Positions 1 to 10,947 of a DNA stretch of 64,000 bases are shown here, in pieces. The DNA is from Candidatus Poribacteria bacterium (GTDB lineage Bacteria > Poribacteria > WGA-4E > WGA-3G). The translations under genes and the position numbers were made by a program. The DNA lies in contig CBDANF010000003.1 in assembly GCA_965197475.1 (NCBI GenBank), positions 3,040,001-3,104,000 of the forward strand, written 5' to 3'. Below the pieces are notes generated by a model, which worked only from the letters and a program-made list of their open reading frames with translations, was not told the origin of the DNA and searched no databases. Positions within the stretch are counted from its first letter, which is position 1. Every line of letters starts with the position of its first letter.

Positions 1-1017
1 GCTGAGGCAAAGGTATACCAACTCGCGGATGGAAACGAAAAAGGAACGGATGCGATCAGTTTTCGAACAGGTTCCGGATTGAATTTCACTGTTCTACCGA
101 ACCGTGGGCTGGATATATCTTACGCCGATTATAACGGAATCCCATTGTGTTGGCGTTCAGGTACCGGTGATGTAGCGGCAGCACATTACGAACCGACCGG
201 TCTCGGATGGTTGCGCGGATTCTATGGTGGGTTGCTTACAACATGTGGCATGACACAAGCAGGGGAACCAAACGTAGATGAGGATGTGGAGCTCGGATTT
301 CACGGTAGAGTTTCGCACATTCCCGCGAAAAACGTCTGGGTTGACAGTCGGTGGGAAGGTGATCGTTATATCTTATGGGCGCAAGGAAAGGTTACAGAAA
401 CCGCAGCATTGGGTGAACATCTGTGCCGTACCCGCCGTATCTGGACTGAATTAGGCTCGCGTAAACTGCATATTGAAGACATTGTTGAGAACCTTGGATA
501 TCAGGATTGCCCACACATGTATCTCTTCCACATTAATGTTGGTTTCCCAATACTTGCTGATGGAAGTGAGATTTTGGCACCCTCATCTCAAGTAACACCA
601 CGAGACGAACACGCAAAAAATAATTTAACAAATTATAACTTCGGGGAACCACCCACCGTTGATTTCCAAGAACAGGTCTACTATCACGAAATGGAACCTG
701 ATGTTGACAACCACATTCGCGTTGCGCTTATCAATAGAAGTTTTAACGATGGACAGGGCATCGGAATTGCTGTACGTTACCACAAAACACAATTCCCTCA
801 CTTTGTCCAGTGGAAATTGTGTGGTCAAGGTGCCTATGTGATGGGTTTGGAACCATCAAACTGCCGAGTTGACGGTAGAGCATCGGAACGCGAACGCGGC
901 ACCTTACAGCATATTGGACCTGGCGGCCGCCGCCACTACGAAGTCGAAATCAGTGTGTTAACATCCAACGCTGAGATTGACGCACTTGAAACAAAAATTG
1001 CAAAAACACAAAATTAA
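1..1017 (+). CDS. DUF4432 / aldose 1-epimerase-like protein, 5'-truncated by the window edge
   Basis: Frame is open from base 1 (AEAKVYQLADGNEKG...). Motifs RGLDI, GGLLTTCG, HGR, HINVGFP, MGLEP. Confidence 0.85.
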   Translation, partial: AEAKVYQLADGNEKGTDAISFRTGSGLNFTVLPNRGLDISYADYNGIPLCWRSGTGDVAAAHYEPTGLGWLRGFYGGLLTTCGMTQAGEPNVDEDVELGFHGRVSHIPAKNVWVDSRWEGDRYILWAQGKVTETAALGEHLCRTRRIWTELGSRKLHIEDIVENLGYQDCPHMYLFHINVGFPILADGSEILAPSSQVTPRDEHAKNNLTNYNFGEPPTVDFQEQVYYHEMEPDVDNHIRVALINRSFNDGQGIGIAVRYHKTQFPHFVQWKLCGQGAYVMGLEPSNCRVDGRASERERGTLQHIGPGGRRHYEVEISVLTSNAEIDALETKIAKTQN

Positions 1018-1073
1018 CACCCTCGTCCGGAGAGGATATGCACTTGCTGTCCTACTCTTAAGGAGAAATTGGA

Positions 1074-2954
1074 ATGAATAAGCGTTTAACTTTATCCTTT
1101 ATTGCTGTCGTATTTTTGATAACTATTCTATTCACCACTTTTTATGTAGCTGAACCAATTAGAGCCGCAGAATCTGAAAGTATCACAGCAGAAACGACCC
1201 CTCAAAAATCTGAAGTTGCCCCAGTTGAAATTCCCGACAACAGTGTTTTAAATTTAATACCGGAAGACATATTAGGTGTCATCTATTGTCCCAGTTTGTT
1301 AGAATTGGATGACAGAATTAACACCTTCGTGTCAGAAATGATGCCGCAAGCAGGAGGATCACCTGAGCTCCTCGCGAAAATTTTGGCGAATTCCTTCGGT
1401 GCTGGATTTGAAAGTTTAGCCGAGTTGGAAGAGATTGGCTTAGATTTGAACCAAGATTTCGCAGTATTCCTAACAAGTTTGGATCCGCCGAGTCTTTCTG
1501 CAACCGTTCACCTCACAGATCCAGACGCAATGCTACAGGTAATTGAGGCAGAAGCAGAGGGAAGTGCCCCTAAGGAATATAACGGTATAACCTACTGGAG
1601 TTCTGATAAAGGTAGTGGTAGTTTTGCTATTTTGGAAAATACTCTTGTCTTTTCACAGCAGCCTGAGGTTTGTGAGAACGTCATTGATATTACCAAAGGA
1701 AAAATGAAGTCTATCGTAGCAAATCAGGATTACGCTTCATTCCTAACCAATATCTTAAACGGGGCAGATCAGATAGCGGCATATTTTAACCTTGAATCCA
1801 TGATCGCTCATCAAATTGAGTCAATTAAGGTAGAATTTGAATCAATGATTGACAGTATGCAAAGTGACCCCGGAGCCATGGCTCTGGTACCAATGGTTGA
1901 GGGTATGTTTAGCCAGCTAACAGAACTTCTTGAAGAGATAAAATCTGTTAGTGCTACGCTCCGAGTTGAAGGAACAGATGTGCAATTCGCGCCGTTCCTG
2001 AAATTCGACAGTGATGGACAGATTCAAGATTTCTTAAAAAAGATGACCCCCGGTGAATTAATGATCGTCAATGACCTACCCAACCAAGGCTTTTTGAACG
2101 CTGGCTTTCAAGGTAGTCCAGATGTGCTATTTGAATGGGGCATGAATTGGCTAAAAGTTTTTACAATGGATGATTCAGGTCCCAATGCAAATTGGGAAGC
2201 ACTCCTTGAACAAATGAAAGGTTCTTTTGAATCGCTGGCTGATGAGTGGAGTTTCTCTGCTAATTTTAACGACAGTTTTGTTCCTGAATTATTGTTCATC
2301 TCTGAACTGAAAAACGAACAAAAAATGAAAACATATATGGATGAACAGTTTTTGAAACAATTCCAAAAATTAATAATACTTGCCCGAGAGTCCGTAGATG
2401 ATGCCTCTCAGATGGGTATGTTTGATGAGGCTTATGTTGGAAACCCGATGATGCATAATGGTGTTGAGATTAAAACCTTCACCTTTCCCAATTTCAGCGC
2501 AGCTTTCGAAGATGTGTCCCCCGAAGTTGTTAATTTTATGCCGCAGGAATGGCACTGGTCTTATGCTTTTTCAGAAGATCAGTTCTACTTTGCGATAGGT
2601 GGTGCAGAACTGATTAAGTCAGCACTTGATAGCAAAGCGAAAATAGGTGAAAGCATATCTGAAAACCAGAGTTATCAAAAACTCATTGAGAAATTGGGAG
2701 CGAAAAATAATCTGCTTTTAGGTTTTTCTCCACTAACTATTACTAAAAGTTTCATGGCTATAGTGGCGAAGGCTGATCCAAACGCTGCCGCACAAATTCA
2801 GATGTTCTCAGGTATCTTAATGGGTATTCCTGAAAACTACAGCATCGGTTTTTCAACCAAAGTACGGGATGGCGGGATGGGTGCTAAACTACTCATCACC
2901 CTTGGTGACTACAAACAGTTAATTCAAACATTGATGTTGTTGTCCGGAATGTGA
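1074..2954 (+). CDS. exported hypothetical protein (626 aa, N-terminal signal/anchor)
   Basis: Long ORF with AAGGAG RBS and hydrophobic N-terminus; no family recognised. Confidence 0.75.
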   Translation: MNKRLTLSFIAVVFLITILFTTFYVAEPIRAAESESITAETTPQKSEVAPVEIPDNSVLNLIPEDILGVIYCPSLLELDDRINTFVSEMMPQAGGSPELLAKILANSFGAGFESLAELEEIGLDLNQDFAVFLTSLDPPSLSATVHLTDPDAMLQVIEAEAEGSAPKEYNGITYWSSDKGSGSFAILENTLVFSQQPEVCENVIDITKGKMKSIVANQDYASFLTNILNGADQIAAYFNLESMIAHQIESIKVEFESMIDSMQSDPGAMALVPMVEGMFSQLTELLEEIKSVSATLRVEGTDVQFAPFLKFDSDGQIQDFLKKMTPGELMIVNDLPNQGFLNAGFQGSPDVLFEWGMNWLKVFTMDDSGPNANWEALLEQMKGSFESLADEWSFSANFNDSFVPELLFISELKNEQKMKTYMDEQFLKQFQKLIILARESVDDASQMGMFDEAYVGNPMMHNGVEIKTFTFPNFSAAFEDVSPEVVNFMPQEWHWSYAFSEDQFYFAIGGAELIKSALDSKAKIGESISENQSYQKLIEKLGAKNNLLLGFSPLTITKSFMAIVAKADPNAAAQIQMFSGILMGIPENYSIGFSTKVRDGGMGAKLLITLGDYKQLIQTLMLLSGM

Positions 2955-2976
2955 CAGATGTAATAAGTTCTTTCTT

Positions 2977-3009
2977 ACTCGCCCACATCACCTTGTGGGC
3001 GAGTTTTTG
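2977..3009 (+). terminator. intrinsic terminator
   Basis: ACTCGCCCACA-6 nt-TGTGGGCGAGT stem followed by a T run, just after the stop codon. Confidence 0.8.
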
Positions 3010-3050
3010 TATTAATTGTAGTAGATTTTCAATTAACGATTCACCTTGAT

Positions 3051-3073
3051 CCGCGCTTACAAAATGCACCTAC
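3051..3073 (-). repeat. GTAG REP-like palindrome, family A
   Basis: Reverse complement GTAGGTGCATTTTGTAAGCGCGG resembles copies at 4755, 9168, 31737 and 39063. Confidence 0.55.
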
Positions 3074-3196
3074 AGGTAAGTATCTACTTATTTTAGACTT
3101 TCAACACAAGTTCCCACCCCAATAGACTATAGGTTCATACTTTTCCTTGGACATCACATATATTTCCCACATTTTCAAATAATATTCATTTTTAAT

Positions 3197-3225
3197 TTGA
3201 CTGATAAGTCGAAACCGAGTATAAT
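3197..3225 (+). promoter_or_regulatory. sigma70-type promoter for the porin-BCCT operon
   Basis: TTGACT-17 nt-TATAAT. Confidence 0.7.
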
Positions 3226-3408
3226 CAACCAAATTAAGACTAAATATTGTCTTATATGATATATGATATATGCGACAAGTTTAGTATGTTTGGTTAGATA
3301 GCAACTTAAGTTACTTTACTATAGTTTCAATTGTTGAGACAAAGGTTATTCATAACAAGTAGACATACCTATATAAGGGACAGTCTATCTATAAGGGGAG
3401 CTAAATTC

Positions 3409-4736
3409 ATGAAATGTGTTTTTAAAAGAGGTCTGAACTATCAAAACCTCATAAGTATCGCAATTACGATTTTATTGATCGTTGCGTCATTCGCAATTGC
3501 AGATACAGACGAAGAACAGGCTGCTGAGGCAGAAGCACCTAAGAAAAGCCCTATAAAAATCGGTGGTGCGATGCGTCTTAACTATGTCAAAGGCACTACG
3601 AAATTGACGACAAAAATGTAGTTGATGGACGAGGTGATAACAATGGCGATGTTGATCTTGAGATTTTCCGCTTGAATGCTGACCTGGACTACAATAACAT
3701 CATAGGCAGGATTGAATACCGGTGGTATCCCAGATATTTCGGTAAAAAAAGCGGTTATAGTATGATACATACAGCCTGGTTAGGGTATAACCTTGGTGAT
3801 TTAGGTACTATCAAGGCAGGAATTGTAAGAGTGCCTTTTGGACCGAGTCCATACGGTGTTTCTACAAGTTGGTTTTTTGACCAACATTTTTATGTAGGAC
3901 TCGCTGACGACATGGATTTGGGAATTAGATGGAATGACACCTTTGATCAGTTGACACTTGATGTAGCTTACTATCTTCAGAGTGAATTTCAAACTGATGG
4001 GAGTAGTCTTAATAGTTCTCGATACGCCTATGACGTTGTCAGGTGGGAAGAAAAAGCCGATGCAGACGGAAACGTTGAATGGGGTGCCGGGGAAAACGGA
4101 TATGATGAACAGCATCAATTTAACCTCCGTGCTATCTACACCCTTGCGGACAGTGCTGACGTTGGGGTATCACTTCAATACGGATTGCTGAAAGGAACAG
4201 ATGTGGGGGACGATGATAGCGGTAACCACTATGCCGTTTCCGCACACATGAAAAACACCGTCGCCGACTTTACTCTCTATTCACAGTTTTCCTATTACGC
4301 GCATAATATCGCTGAGGATACCCCTTGGGGTACCGGGGATTTAATTCCTATGGGTGCTTACGACTTTGCGTGGCCCATCGCATCAGAAGGATTAATACCT
4401 GCGTTATCCCTCCGCTATGGCGGTATAGACACATCAGGTATTTCATGGATTGACAGCGTTACACCTTATGCAGAGTGGAGCACTATCCTCAAAACTGTAG
4501 AAGACTATAACGCGAGTACTCTCGTGACAGTTGGTGCAAGCTGGACAATCCTGGGCGCACTGTATGTCTATAGTGATGTAGCACTTTCCAATGGCAACTC
4601 ATTTGTTGGAAACAGAACAGATGATGGCAAGATAGAAGGCTACGGTAATATCTACGATGGTGCCGGAGACTTTGGTGCTAACGGAAATAATGTCTGGAAT
4701 TGGCGGCTTAATTTTAACTTCGGTTATTATTTCTAA
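3409..4736 (+). pseudogene. outer-membrane beta-barrel/porin, frameshifted near 3595 (pseudogene or sequence error)
   Basis: Signal peptide and IGGAMRLNYVKG in one frame continue as YEIDDKNVVDGRGDNNGDVDLEIFRLNADL in the frame of ORF 3672-4736. Ends in the beta-signal NFGYYF. Confidence 0.75.
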
Positions 4737-4754
4737 TCAGCGGACGCTATCCTA

Positions 4755-4784
4755 AGGCAAGCGCGCTTTGTAAGCACGCTTGCC
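4755..4784 (+). repeat. REP-like palindrome, family A
   Basis: GGCAAGCG-CGCTTTGTAAGCA-CGCTTGCC hairpin between the porin and BCCT genes. Confidence 0.55.
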
Positions 4785-4806
4785 CGTCTAAAAGGAGAAT
4801 ATTGAA

Positions 4807-6450
4807 ATGAACGAAGAAGGAAAACAACCCCAACAGATGCCACATCAGATTGATGAAGGCAGATACAAGAAATTATTTGGTTTAGAGATTTACTTGACTC
4901 CTGTATTCGTAATTTCCAGTATCACTATTATCGTTTTTATCCTAGGCTCACTTATCTTTCAAGAGCAAGCGACAACACTCTTCGGAAATGTCCGAGTCTG
5001 GCTTACCACAAACCTTGACTGGCTGTTCATGGGCACTGCCAATCTCGTCTTTCTCTTTTGCTTGTTTGTAGCAATCTCACCTCTCGGTAAAATTCGGTTA
5101 GGAGGTACAGATGCGAAACCCGAGTATTCCTACTTAACTTGGCTCGCCATGCTTTTTGCTGCAGGCGTGGGTATTGGGCTTCTCTTCTTTGGCGTGTCGG
5201 AGCCGGTTACCTATTTTCAGGGTGGTAGCTATTCGCCGCTGGGGATAGAAACGGTTTATAACGCAGAGACAGCTTACACCGCAGAAAATGTGCCTGACAT
5301 CGGAGATCCCAAAGTTCAAGCGGCGGCCTCCTTGGGTATAGCAGCAACAGTCTTTCACTGGGGACTGCAGGGGTGGGCAATCTATGGAGTCGTAGGACTC
5401 GCTCTTGCATTTTACGCATATAACCGTGGATTACCTCTCCTCATCCGCTCCGCGTTTTATCCCATATTCGGTGATCGGATTTGGGGTTGGACTGGACACA
5501 TCATTGATACATTCGCCATATTTGCAGGTATCTTCGGGTTGGCAACCTCCCTCGGTTTAGGTGTGCAACAGGTAACTTCTGGCCTTAACGATCTATTTGG
5601 GATACCTGCAAACGCCCTCACCATGATAGTGCTCATTGTAGTGATTACTGCCATCGCGCTGATATCAGTGATGACAGGCATTAATGTCGGTATCAAACGT
5701 CTCAGCCAGTTCAACATCATTCTCGCGTTCATATTGCTGGTAACTGTTTTCATTCTCGGTCCGACAGGTTATATTTTCCGTAATATTTTCACTGGACTTG
5801 GGACCTATGTCATGAAAATTGTGCCGCTTAGCAACTGGGTTGGACGTGCGGACACTGGTTTCCTACACGATTGGACAACTTTCTACTGGGCATGGTGGAT
5901 CGCTTGGGCACCGTTCATCGGCACATTCATTGCACGGATTTCAAAAGGACGTACCGTTCGTGAGTTTGTCATCTTCGTGCTTCTTCTGCCTACGCTATTG
6001 TGTCTGCTCTGGTTTAGTGCATTTGGTGGCACTGCTCTCCACCAGTTCCTCACTGGTGGCTTCACGGGCGTAACCGAACAAGTTGAGACATATAATTACC
6101 CACTAGCACTGTTCAAAATGTTTGAAGGACTCCCGTGGACAACGCTGCTTTCCTGTGTCGCAATGCTCCTGACAATTATCTTCTTCGTTACCTCATCCGA
6201 CTCTGGCTCTCTGATTATTGACATCATTGCAGCTGGTGGCAAGGTTGACGCACCGATCCCGCAACGCGTGTTCTGGTGTACCGTAGAGGGTTTAGTCGCT
6301 ATTGCGCTATTACTTGGCGGCGGGTTAAAAGCACTACAGGCTGCCTCTCTCGTTACAGGTTTCCCGTTTGCGATTGTGCTATTGGGGATGGGAGCGTGTG
6401 TCTTGGTTGGGCTTATGGAAGAAAGACGTAATTCTCTATCTGGAGATTAG
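4807..6450 (+). CDS. BCCT family (betaine/choline/carnitine) transporter
   Basis: WLAMLFAAGVGIGL, FHWG, WTTFYWAWWIAWAPFIGTFIARISKGRTVREF and FFVTSSDSG motifs. Confidence 0.95.
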   Translation: MNEEGKQPQQMPHQIDEGRYKKLFGLEIYLTPVFVISSITIIVFILGSLIFQEQATTLFGNVRVWLTTNLDWLFMGTANLVFLFCLFVAISPLGKIRLGGTDAKPEYSYLTWLAMLFAAGVGIGLLFFGVSEPVTYFQGGSYSPLGIETVYNAETAYTAENVPDIGDPKVQAAASLGIAATVFHWGLQGWAIYGVVGLALAFYAYNRGLPLLIRSAFYPIFGDRIWGWTGHIIDTFAIFAGIFGLATSLGLGVQQVTSGLNDLFGIPANALTMIVLIVVITAIALISVMTGINVGIKRLSQFNIILAFILLVTVFILGPTGYIFRNIFTGLGTYVMKIVPLSNWVGRADTGFLHDWTTFYWAWWIAWAPFIGTFIARISKGRTVREFVIFVLLLPTLLCLLWFSAFGGTALHQFLTGGFTGVTEQVETYNYPLALFKMFEGLPWTTLLSCVAMLLTIIFFVTSSDSGSLIIDIIAAGGKVDAPIPQRVFWCTVEGLVAIALLLGGGLKALQAASLVTGFPFAIVLLGMGACVLVGLMEERRNSLSGD

Positions 6451-6480
6451 GATTTTTTAATCGGTGATAACCTTAAAATA

Positions 6481-6519
6481 ATAGATGAGGTGGACAACTA
6501 AAGTGTCCACCTCATCTAT
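6481..6519. terminator. 16-bp perfect hairpin, probable terminator
   Basis: ATAGATGAGGTGGACA-7 nt-TGTCCACCTCATCTAT downstream of the BCCT gene. Confidence 0.7.
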
Positions 6520-6549
6520 CGTTAAAAAGTTTGAAATGCATCTTAGCCA

Positions 6550-6740
6550 TAACGTGAGTTTGATATTATACCATTTCTAAGTTATTATATTGCATTAATT
6601 CGTCCGTTGGGTAGAGTTTGCGAAACCCATTATGTGTCAACTTAAGGTAATTTACCCTTATTTGTATGTATTTCAGCCCCAGCGGGACTAAAGATGTGTG
6701 TTTTACCGTTTTCTATAAACATTCCGCCCCGTTGGGGCTG
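6550..6740. repeat. MITE-end and palindrome remnants
   Basis: TAACGTGAGTT at 6550 matches the ends at 56453/56796 and 63087. The CAGCCCCAGCGGG...CTATAAACATTCCGCCCCGTTGGGGCTG stretch shares CTATAAACAT with the 56.6 kb cluster. Confidence 0.5.
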
Positions 6741-6878
6741 CTCTTTGCTACTATTGAGGTTTTTCAGTGAGTTACGTCCTCGCGCAAAACTCGCTGAAAA
6801 TCAAAACGGACTTGAAAACTCAACATGAAACTGACATAAATTGCCCAAACTTTTGTAATATTATCAGGCATATTGACA

Positions 6879-8021
6879 ATGAAAATCACTGCAATACACA
6901 CTTTCATGGCGAACTTTGGCAACCGTCCACGTGGTCTGATCAAAGTCGAAACGAATGAAGGTATCCACGGATGGGGTGAAGCATATTCTACAGGACCAGA
7001 TCTCTCTGTTGAACCGATTGCCAACTATATCTTTGAGATGATTCAGGGGGAGGATCCGCGTCGGATAGAATACATCATGCTAAAACTACATCAGCAGTTT
7101 CGTTTTCCACCGGGTGGTGCCGGTCTCGCTGTCATCTCAGCAGTTGACCACGCACTCTGGGACATCAGTGGAAAAGCAGCTGGATTGCCGGTGTACATGC
7201 TACTTGGCGGACACGCCCGGGACCGCATCCGTGTTTATCACGGTATCGGTGGGAGGGACGGTATAGAAGCCTCCGATCAAGCCCGTAAACTTAATGAGGA
7301 ATGGGGGTTCACCGCTTTCAAAACAAGTCCTTATCAACTCAATCCGGATGCAGACCGATGGGGCAGAGTCTGCACTGCGGCTGCTAACTACTTTGAACAA
7401 CTACGTCAGAATACACCGGACGATTGGGAGTTCGCATTTGACCCGCATGCCAAAATCTTTGAGCCGATTCGTGCACTTCAACTCGCCAATGCGCTTGCGC
7501 CGTACGATCCGTTCTTCTATGAGGAACCGCTGCGTCCCGAACATATCCCTGCGTGGTCGCGTCTCCGCTCACAGATGCAGGTGCCGCTCGCAACAGGTGA
7601 GTCCTTGTACACACGGTCTGAATTCCTTGATCTTATTACTGCACAGGGGGCAGACATCATTCAGCCTGATGTGTGTGTCTGCGGCGGATTGTTAGAGATG
7701 CGCAAAATCGCAGCGATTGCTGAGGCGCACTATGTGACCGTTGCACCACACAACCCGATGGGACCACTGGCAACTGCTGTCAATGTTCACTTCGCTGCCG
7801 CGACTCCGAACTTTAAAATCCTTGAATATCTTCTCCCGACTGATAGTGTTTGGAATTCATGGGTAGATGAACCCTACATGCCTAAAAACGGGTATTTGGA
7901 GTTGCGAAACCGCCCGGGATTTGGTGTTGAAATTGACGAAGACGCAATAACAGCCAATGACTACGTTCATTGGCAAAGAACCTGTCCTATCAGACCAGAT
8001 GGTTCTACAGGTTATATTTAG
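6879..8021 (+). CDS. mandelate racemase/muconate lactonizing enzyme family, galactonate dehydratase-like
   Basis: GWGE, ISAVDHALWDI, DPH, YEEP, ATGE, IIQPD and APHNP motifs. Confidence 0.9.
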   Translation: MKITAIHTFMANFGNRPRGLIKVETNEGIHGWGEAYSTGPDLSVEPIANYIFEMIQGEDPRRIEYIMLKLHQQFRFPPGGAGLAVISAVDHALWDISGKAAGLPVYMLLGGHARDRIRVYHGIGGRDGIEASDQARKLNEEWGFTAFKTSPYQLNPDADRWGRVCTAAANYFEQLRQNTPDDWEFAFDPHAKIFEPIRALQLANALAPYDPFFYEEPLRPEHIPAWSRLRSQMQVPLATGESLYTRSEFLDLITAQGADIIQPDVCVCGGLLEMRKIAAIAEAHYVTVAPHNPMGPLATAVNVHFAAATPNFKILEYLLPTDSVWNSWVDEPYMPKNGYLELRNRPGFGVEIDEDAITANDYVHWQRTCPIRPDGSTGYI

Positions 8022-8087
8022 GTACTTCACAAAACTATAGAACTATGGCTTAGCTTAATCTAAAACTAAAACATACATGGAGACTTT

Positions 8088-9146
8088 ATGAAACCAGTAA
8101 AATTAGGTGTTATTGGATGTGGTGTCATTGGAAGTAGACATCTCAGTATAGCATCAGATTCTGATCATATTGAGTTGGTCGCTGCGGCAGATTTAATTGA
8201 AGCAAACAGGGAGCGAGCTGCCGAACGCTTCAATCCCCCAAAAATGTATACGACTGACGTTGATCTTCTTGACGACGAAGATATTGAGGCTATCGTGCTT
8301 GCATTTCCAACGCAATACCGTACTGAAGTTGCATTACGTGCCTTTGAAAGAGGAAAACATGTCCTGATTGAAAAACCGATTGCAATGAACGTTGATGAAG
8401 TGAATCAACTGATAGCTGCACGCGGAGATTTAGTTTCTGGCTGTTGTTCATCTCGTAACCGTTTTAACAAATCTGCCCGTCTCGTGACTCAACTCATCAC
8501 AACAGGTGGGTTAGGAGAACTACGTACTGTGCATTGCAGAGCCATTAATGGTGCAGGAAAAGAACCGGGATCACCTCGGCCCGCGTGGCGACTGGCGAAA
8601 GCACTCAACGGTGGCGGTATCCTCGTTAATTGGGGGTGTTATGATATAGACTTCCTACTCGGGATGACTGGCTGGAAACTGAAACCGCAAACCGTATTTG
8701 CGCAAACATGGACAGTGCCACCTATATTTGAATCGCATATCGCTGCTGGTTCTGACGCTGAGACACACTATTCGGCACTGATCCGGTGTGAGGATGGAAC
8801 GATGATTACCCTTGAACGTGGTGAATTCATGACAATGCATTCACATTCCGACTGGGAGGTTATCGGTTCGGAAGGTTCACTCAAACTCAAAATGGGAGAC
8901 GGTAACCCAGCTAGTGTCGTCCATAATCAGACCACAACGGTAGACGGAGTGAGCTCGGATGCGCTTGCTGATACCAGGGATACTGAAGGTCCACATCACG
9001 GTAACCCAACGTCCGATTTTGCAGCAGCAATCCGAGAAAACCGCCAACCCATAACTGGCTTGGAACAAGCACTTGTCGTTCAACAAATTACGGATGCTAT
9101 CTACGCATCTGCTGAAAGCGGGAATGCTGTGGAAATAGCAGATTAA
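8088..9146 (+). CDS. Gfo/Idh/MocA family oxidoreductase
   Basis: GVIGCGVIG, GKHVLIEKP, GGGIL. Confidence 0.9.
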   Translation: MKPVKLGVIGCGVIGSRHLSIASDSDHIELVAAADLIEANRERAAERFNPPKMYTTDVDLLDDEDIEAIVLAFPTQYRTEVALRAFERGKHVLIEKPIAMNVDEVNQLIAARGDLVSGCCSSRNRFNKSARLVTQLITTGGLGELRTVHCRAINGAGKEPGSPRPAWRLAKALNGGGILVNWGCYDIDFLLGMTGWKLKPQTVFAQTWTVPPIFESHIAAGSDAETHYSALIRCEDGTMITLERGEFMTMHSHSDWEVIGSEGSLKLKMGDGNPASVVHNQTTTVDGVSSDALADTRDTEGPHHGNPTSDFAAAIRENRQPITGLEQALVVQQITDAIYASAESGNAVEIAD

Positions 9147-9167
9147 GGAAAAAATAGGCACCTGCTG

Positions 9168-9192
9168 GTAGGCATGTTTTCTAAGCGCGCCG
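9168..9192 (+). repeat. REP-like palindrome, family A
   Basis: GTAGGCATGTTTTCTAAGCGCGCC just after a stop codon. Confidence 0.5.
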
Positions 9193-9583
9193 ATCAACGG
9201 TATACCGTTTATTGTAAAATCTTCCATAATTGCTTGATTGATGACAAAGATATAAATCTCAAGGATGCGGTTCACCCGCTTTCAGTTTCTCTTTAGGAGC
9301 GTTAGAATCCTTCCCAAAACGGATATGTAGTGATGCGCCAGGGGCATGTTGTTTTCCAAAAAGCGCGTGCTTGATTCCCAGAACGCCAATGTTGTCCCTA
9401 CCATCACTACAAAACCCCATAGCGACACTATCCACAACCATTCTGTGAACGAGAATTGATTCCCTGTCTGTTAACGTTGTTCCAGATTAAACGGGCTGTC
9501 TTTTCCGCTCCATCGGAGCGGAAAATGTAGTGCAATATAGTCATTTTTTCCAATAAATTAAAACTATCATACCATCTCAAAAC

Positions 9584-10936
9584 ATGCTTAAATGGTTTTC
9601 CCAATCCACATACCTCCTATTACTTGTATTTATCCTTCTGATGCTGTTCGTTCTGACTGAAGTGCATCCATCAGATTGGCAAGACTTTCTCGGACCAGAG
9701 CGAAATGGAAAATCGAAAGAAAAGATCAACATCACGCCGTGGAAAAAGACAGGTCCGCCAATACTTTGGTCAAAAGAAATTGGTACGAGTTACGGTGCTC
9801 CGACTATCGCAAACGGACGAGTATATATCTTTGCACGCCATGGGGACATAGCACGTCTTACCTGTTTAGAAAGCGACATTGGTAACGAACTTTGGCGATT
9901 TGAATATCCCACAGACTATGAGGATATGTATGGCTACAATAACGGACCGCGGTGTTGTCCTGTCGTAGATGAGGATCGTGTCTATATTTTTGGAGCAGCG
10001 GGGATGTTACACTGTGTTAACACGCAGAACGGGAAACGCATCTGGAAAATAGACACTGCAGCGAAGTTTAATGTCGTTCAAAACTTCTTCGGTGTGGCTT
10101 CAGCACCGGCAATTGAGGGTGAATTGCTTATCGTTCACATAGGCGGCTCACCGCCGGGAACTTCAAAGAATATCTGGGTATCAAACGGTAACCCTAAACC
10201 GAACAGTAGCGGCATCGTTGCTTTTAACAAACACACAGGTGAGGTCGTCTACCGAATCGCCGATGAACTTGCGAGTTATGCAAGTCCTGTTTTTGCTACC
10301 ATCAACGGAAGACGTTGGGGATTCGCTTTCTTGCGCGGCGGACTTGTAGGATTTGAACCTGCAACAGGCAAAATTGATTTCCACTATCCGTGGCGAAGTC
10401 GTAAGATTGAATCTGTCAACGCATCATGTCCGGTAGTCGCTGACGATCTTGTTTTCATTAGCGAATCTTATGGGATCGGCAGCTCAGTCGTTCAAGTGCG
10501 TCCAGGTGGATATAAAGTCGTTTGGAAAGATCAACCGAACACCCGAATCAAGGCAATGGAACTGCACTGGAATACTGCTATCCATCATGAGGGTTACCTC
10601 TATGGTAGTAGCGGCAGACATCCTGGTGGTGCTGAACTCCGATGTGTGGAATTCAAGACCGGTAAGGTGATGTGGCGGCAGCGTGTAAACGAACGCGCAT
10701 CATTGCTCTGGGTGAACGATTACTTCATCTATCTTGGTGAGTACGGACGTTTGATGTTACTGAAATGCACGCCTGAAAAAGCTGAACTTGTCTCTGAATC
10801 AGTGCCGACAGATGAAAATGGCAAACAGTTAATAAACTATCCTGCTTGGGCGGCACCTGTGTTAGCAGATGGTCGTTTGTATATTCGCGGCAAAAATCGG
10901 CTTATCTGTTTTGCATTGGATTCAGATACGGACTAA
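9584..10936 (+). CDS. PQQ-like beta-propeller repeat protein (exported)
   Basis: Signal peptide, DWQDFLGPERNG, repeated G..W motifs, terminal WAAPVLADGRLYIR. Confidence 0.85.
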   Translation: MLKWFSQSTYLLLLVFILLMLFVLTEVHPSDWQDFLGPERNGKSKEKINITPWKKTGPPILWSKEIGTSYGAPTIANGRVYIFARHGDIARLTCLESDIGNELWRFEYPTDYEDMYGYNNGPRCCPVVDEDRVYIFGAAGMLHCVNTQNGKRIWKIDTAAKFNVVQNFFGVASAPAIEGELLIVHIGGSPPGTSKNIWVSNGNPKPNSSGIVAFNKHTGEVVYRIADELASYASPVFATINGRRWGFAFLRGGLVGFEPATGKIDFHYPWRSRKIESVNASCPVVADDLVFISESYGIGSSVVQVRPGGYKVVWKDQPNTRIKAMELHWNTAIHHEGYLYGSSGRHPGGAELRCVEFKTGKVMWRQRVNERASLLWVNDYFIYLGEYGRLMLLKCTPEKAELVSESVPTDENGKQLINYPAWAAPVLADGRLYIRGKNRLICFALDSDTD

Positions 10937-10947
10937 CAGGTTTTCAC

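Noticed and set aside
2952-2963. TGA-CAG-ATG-TAA at the end of the 626-aa gene, possible Sec readthrough
   Set aside because: No redox-motif context, and the only downstream hairpin is the terminator, at the wrong distance.
9259-9513. Minus-strand 60-aa ORF with an upstream in-frame extension broken by TAA
   Set aside because: No recognisable family; it may be a decayed gene but cannot be supported.
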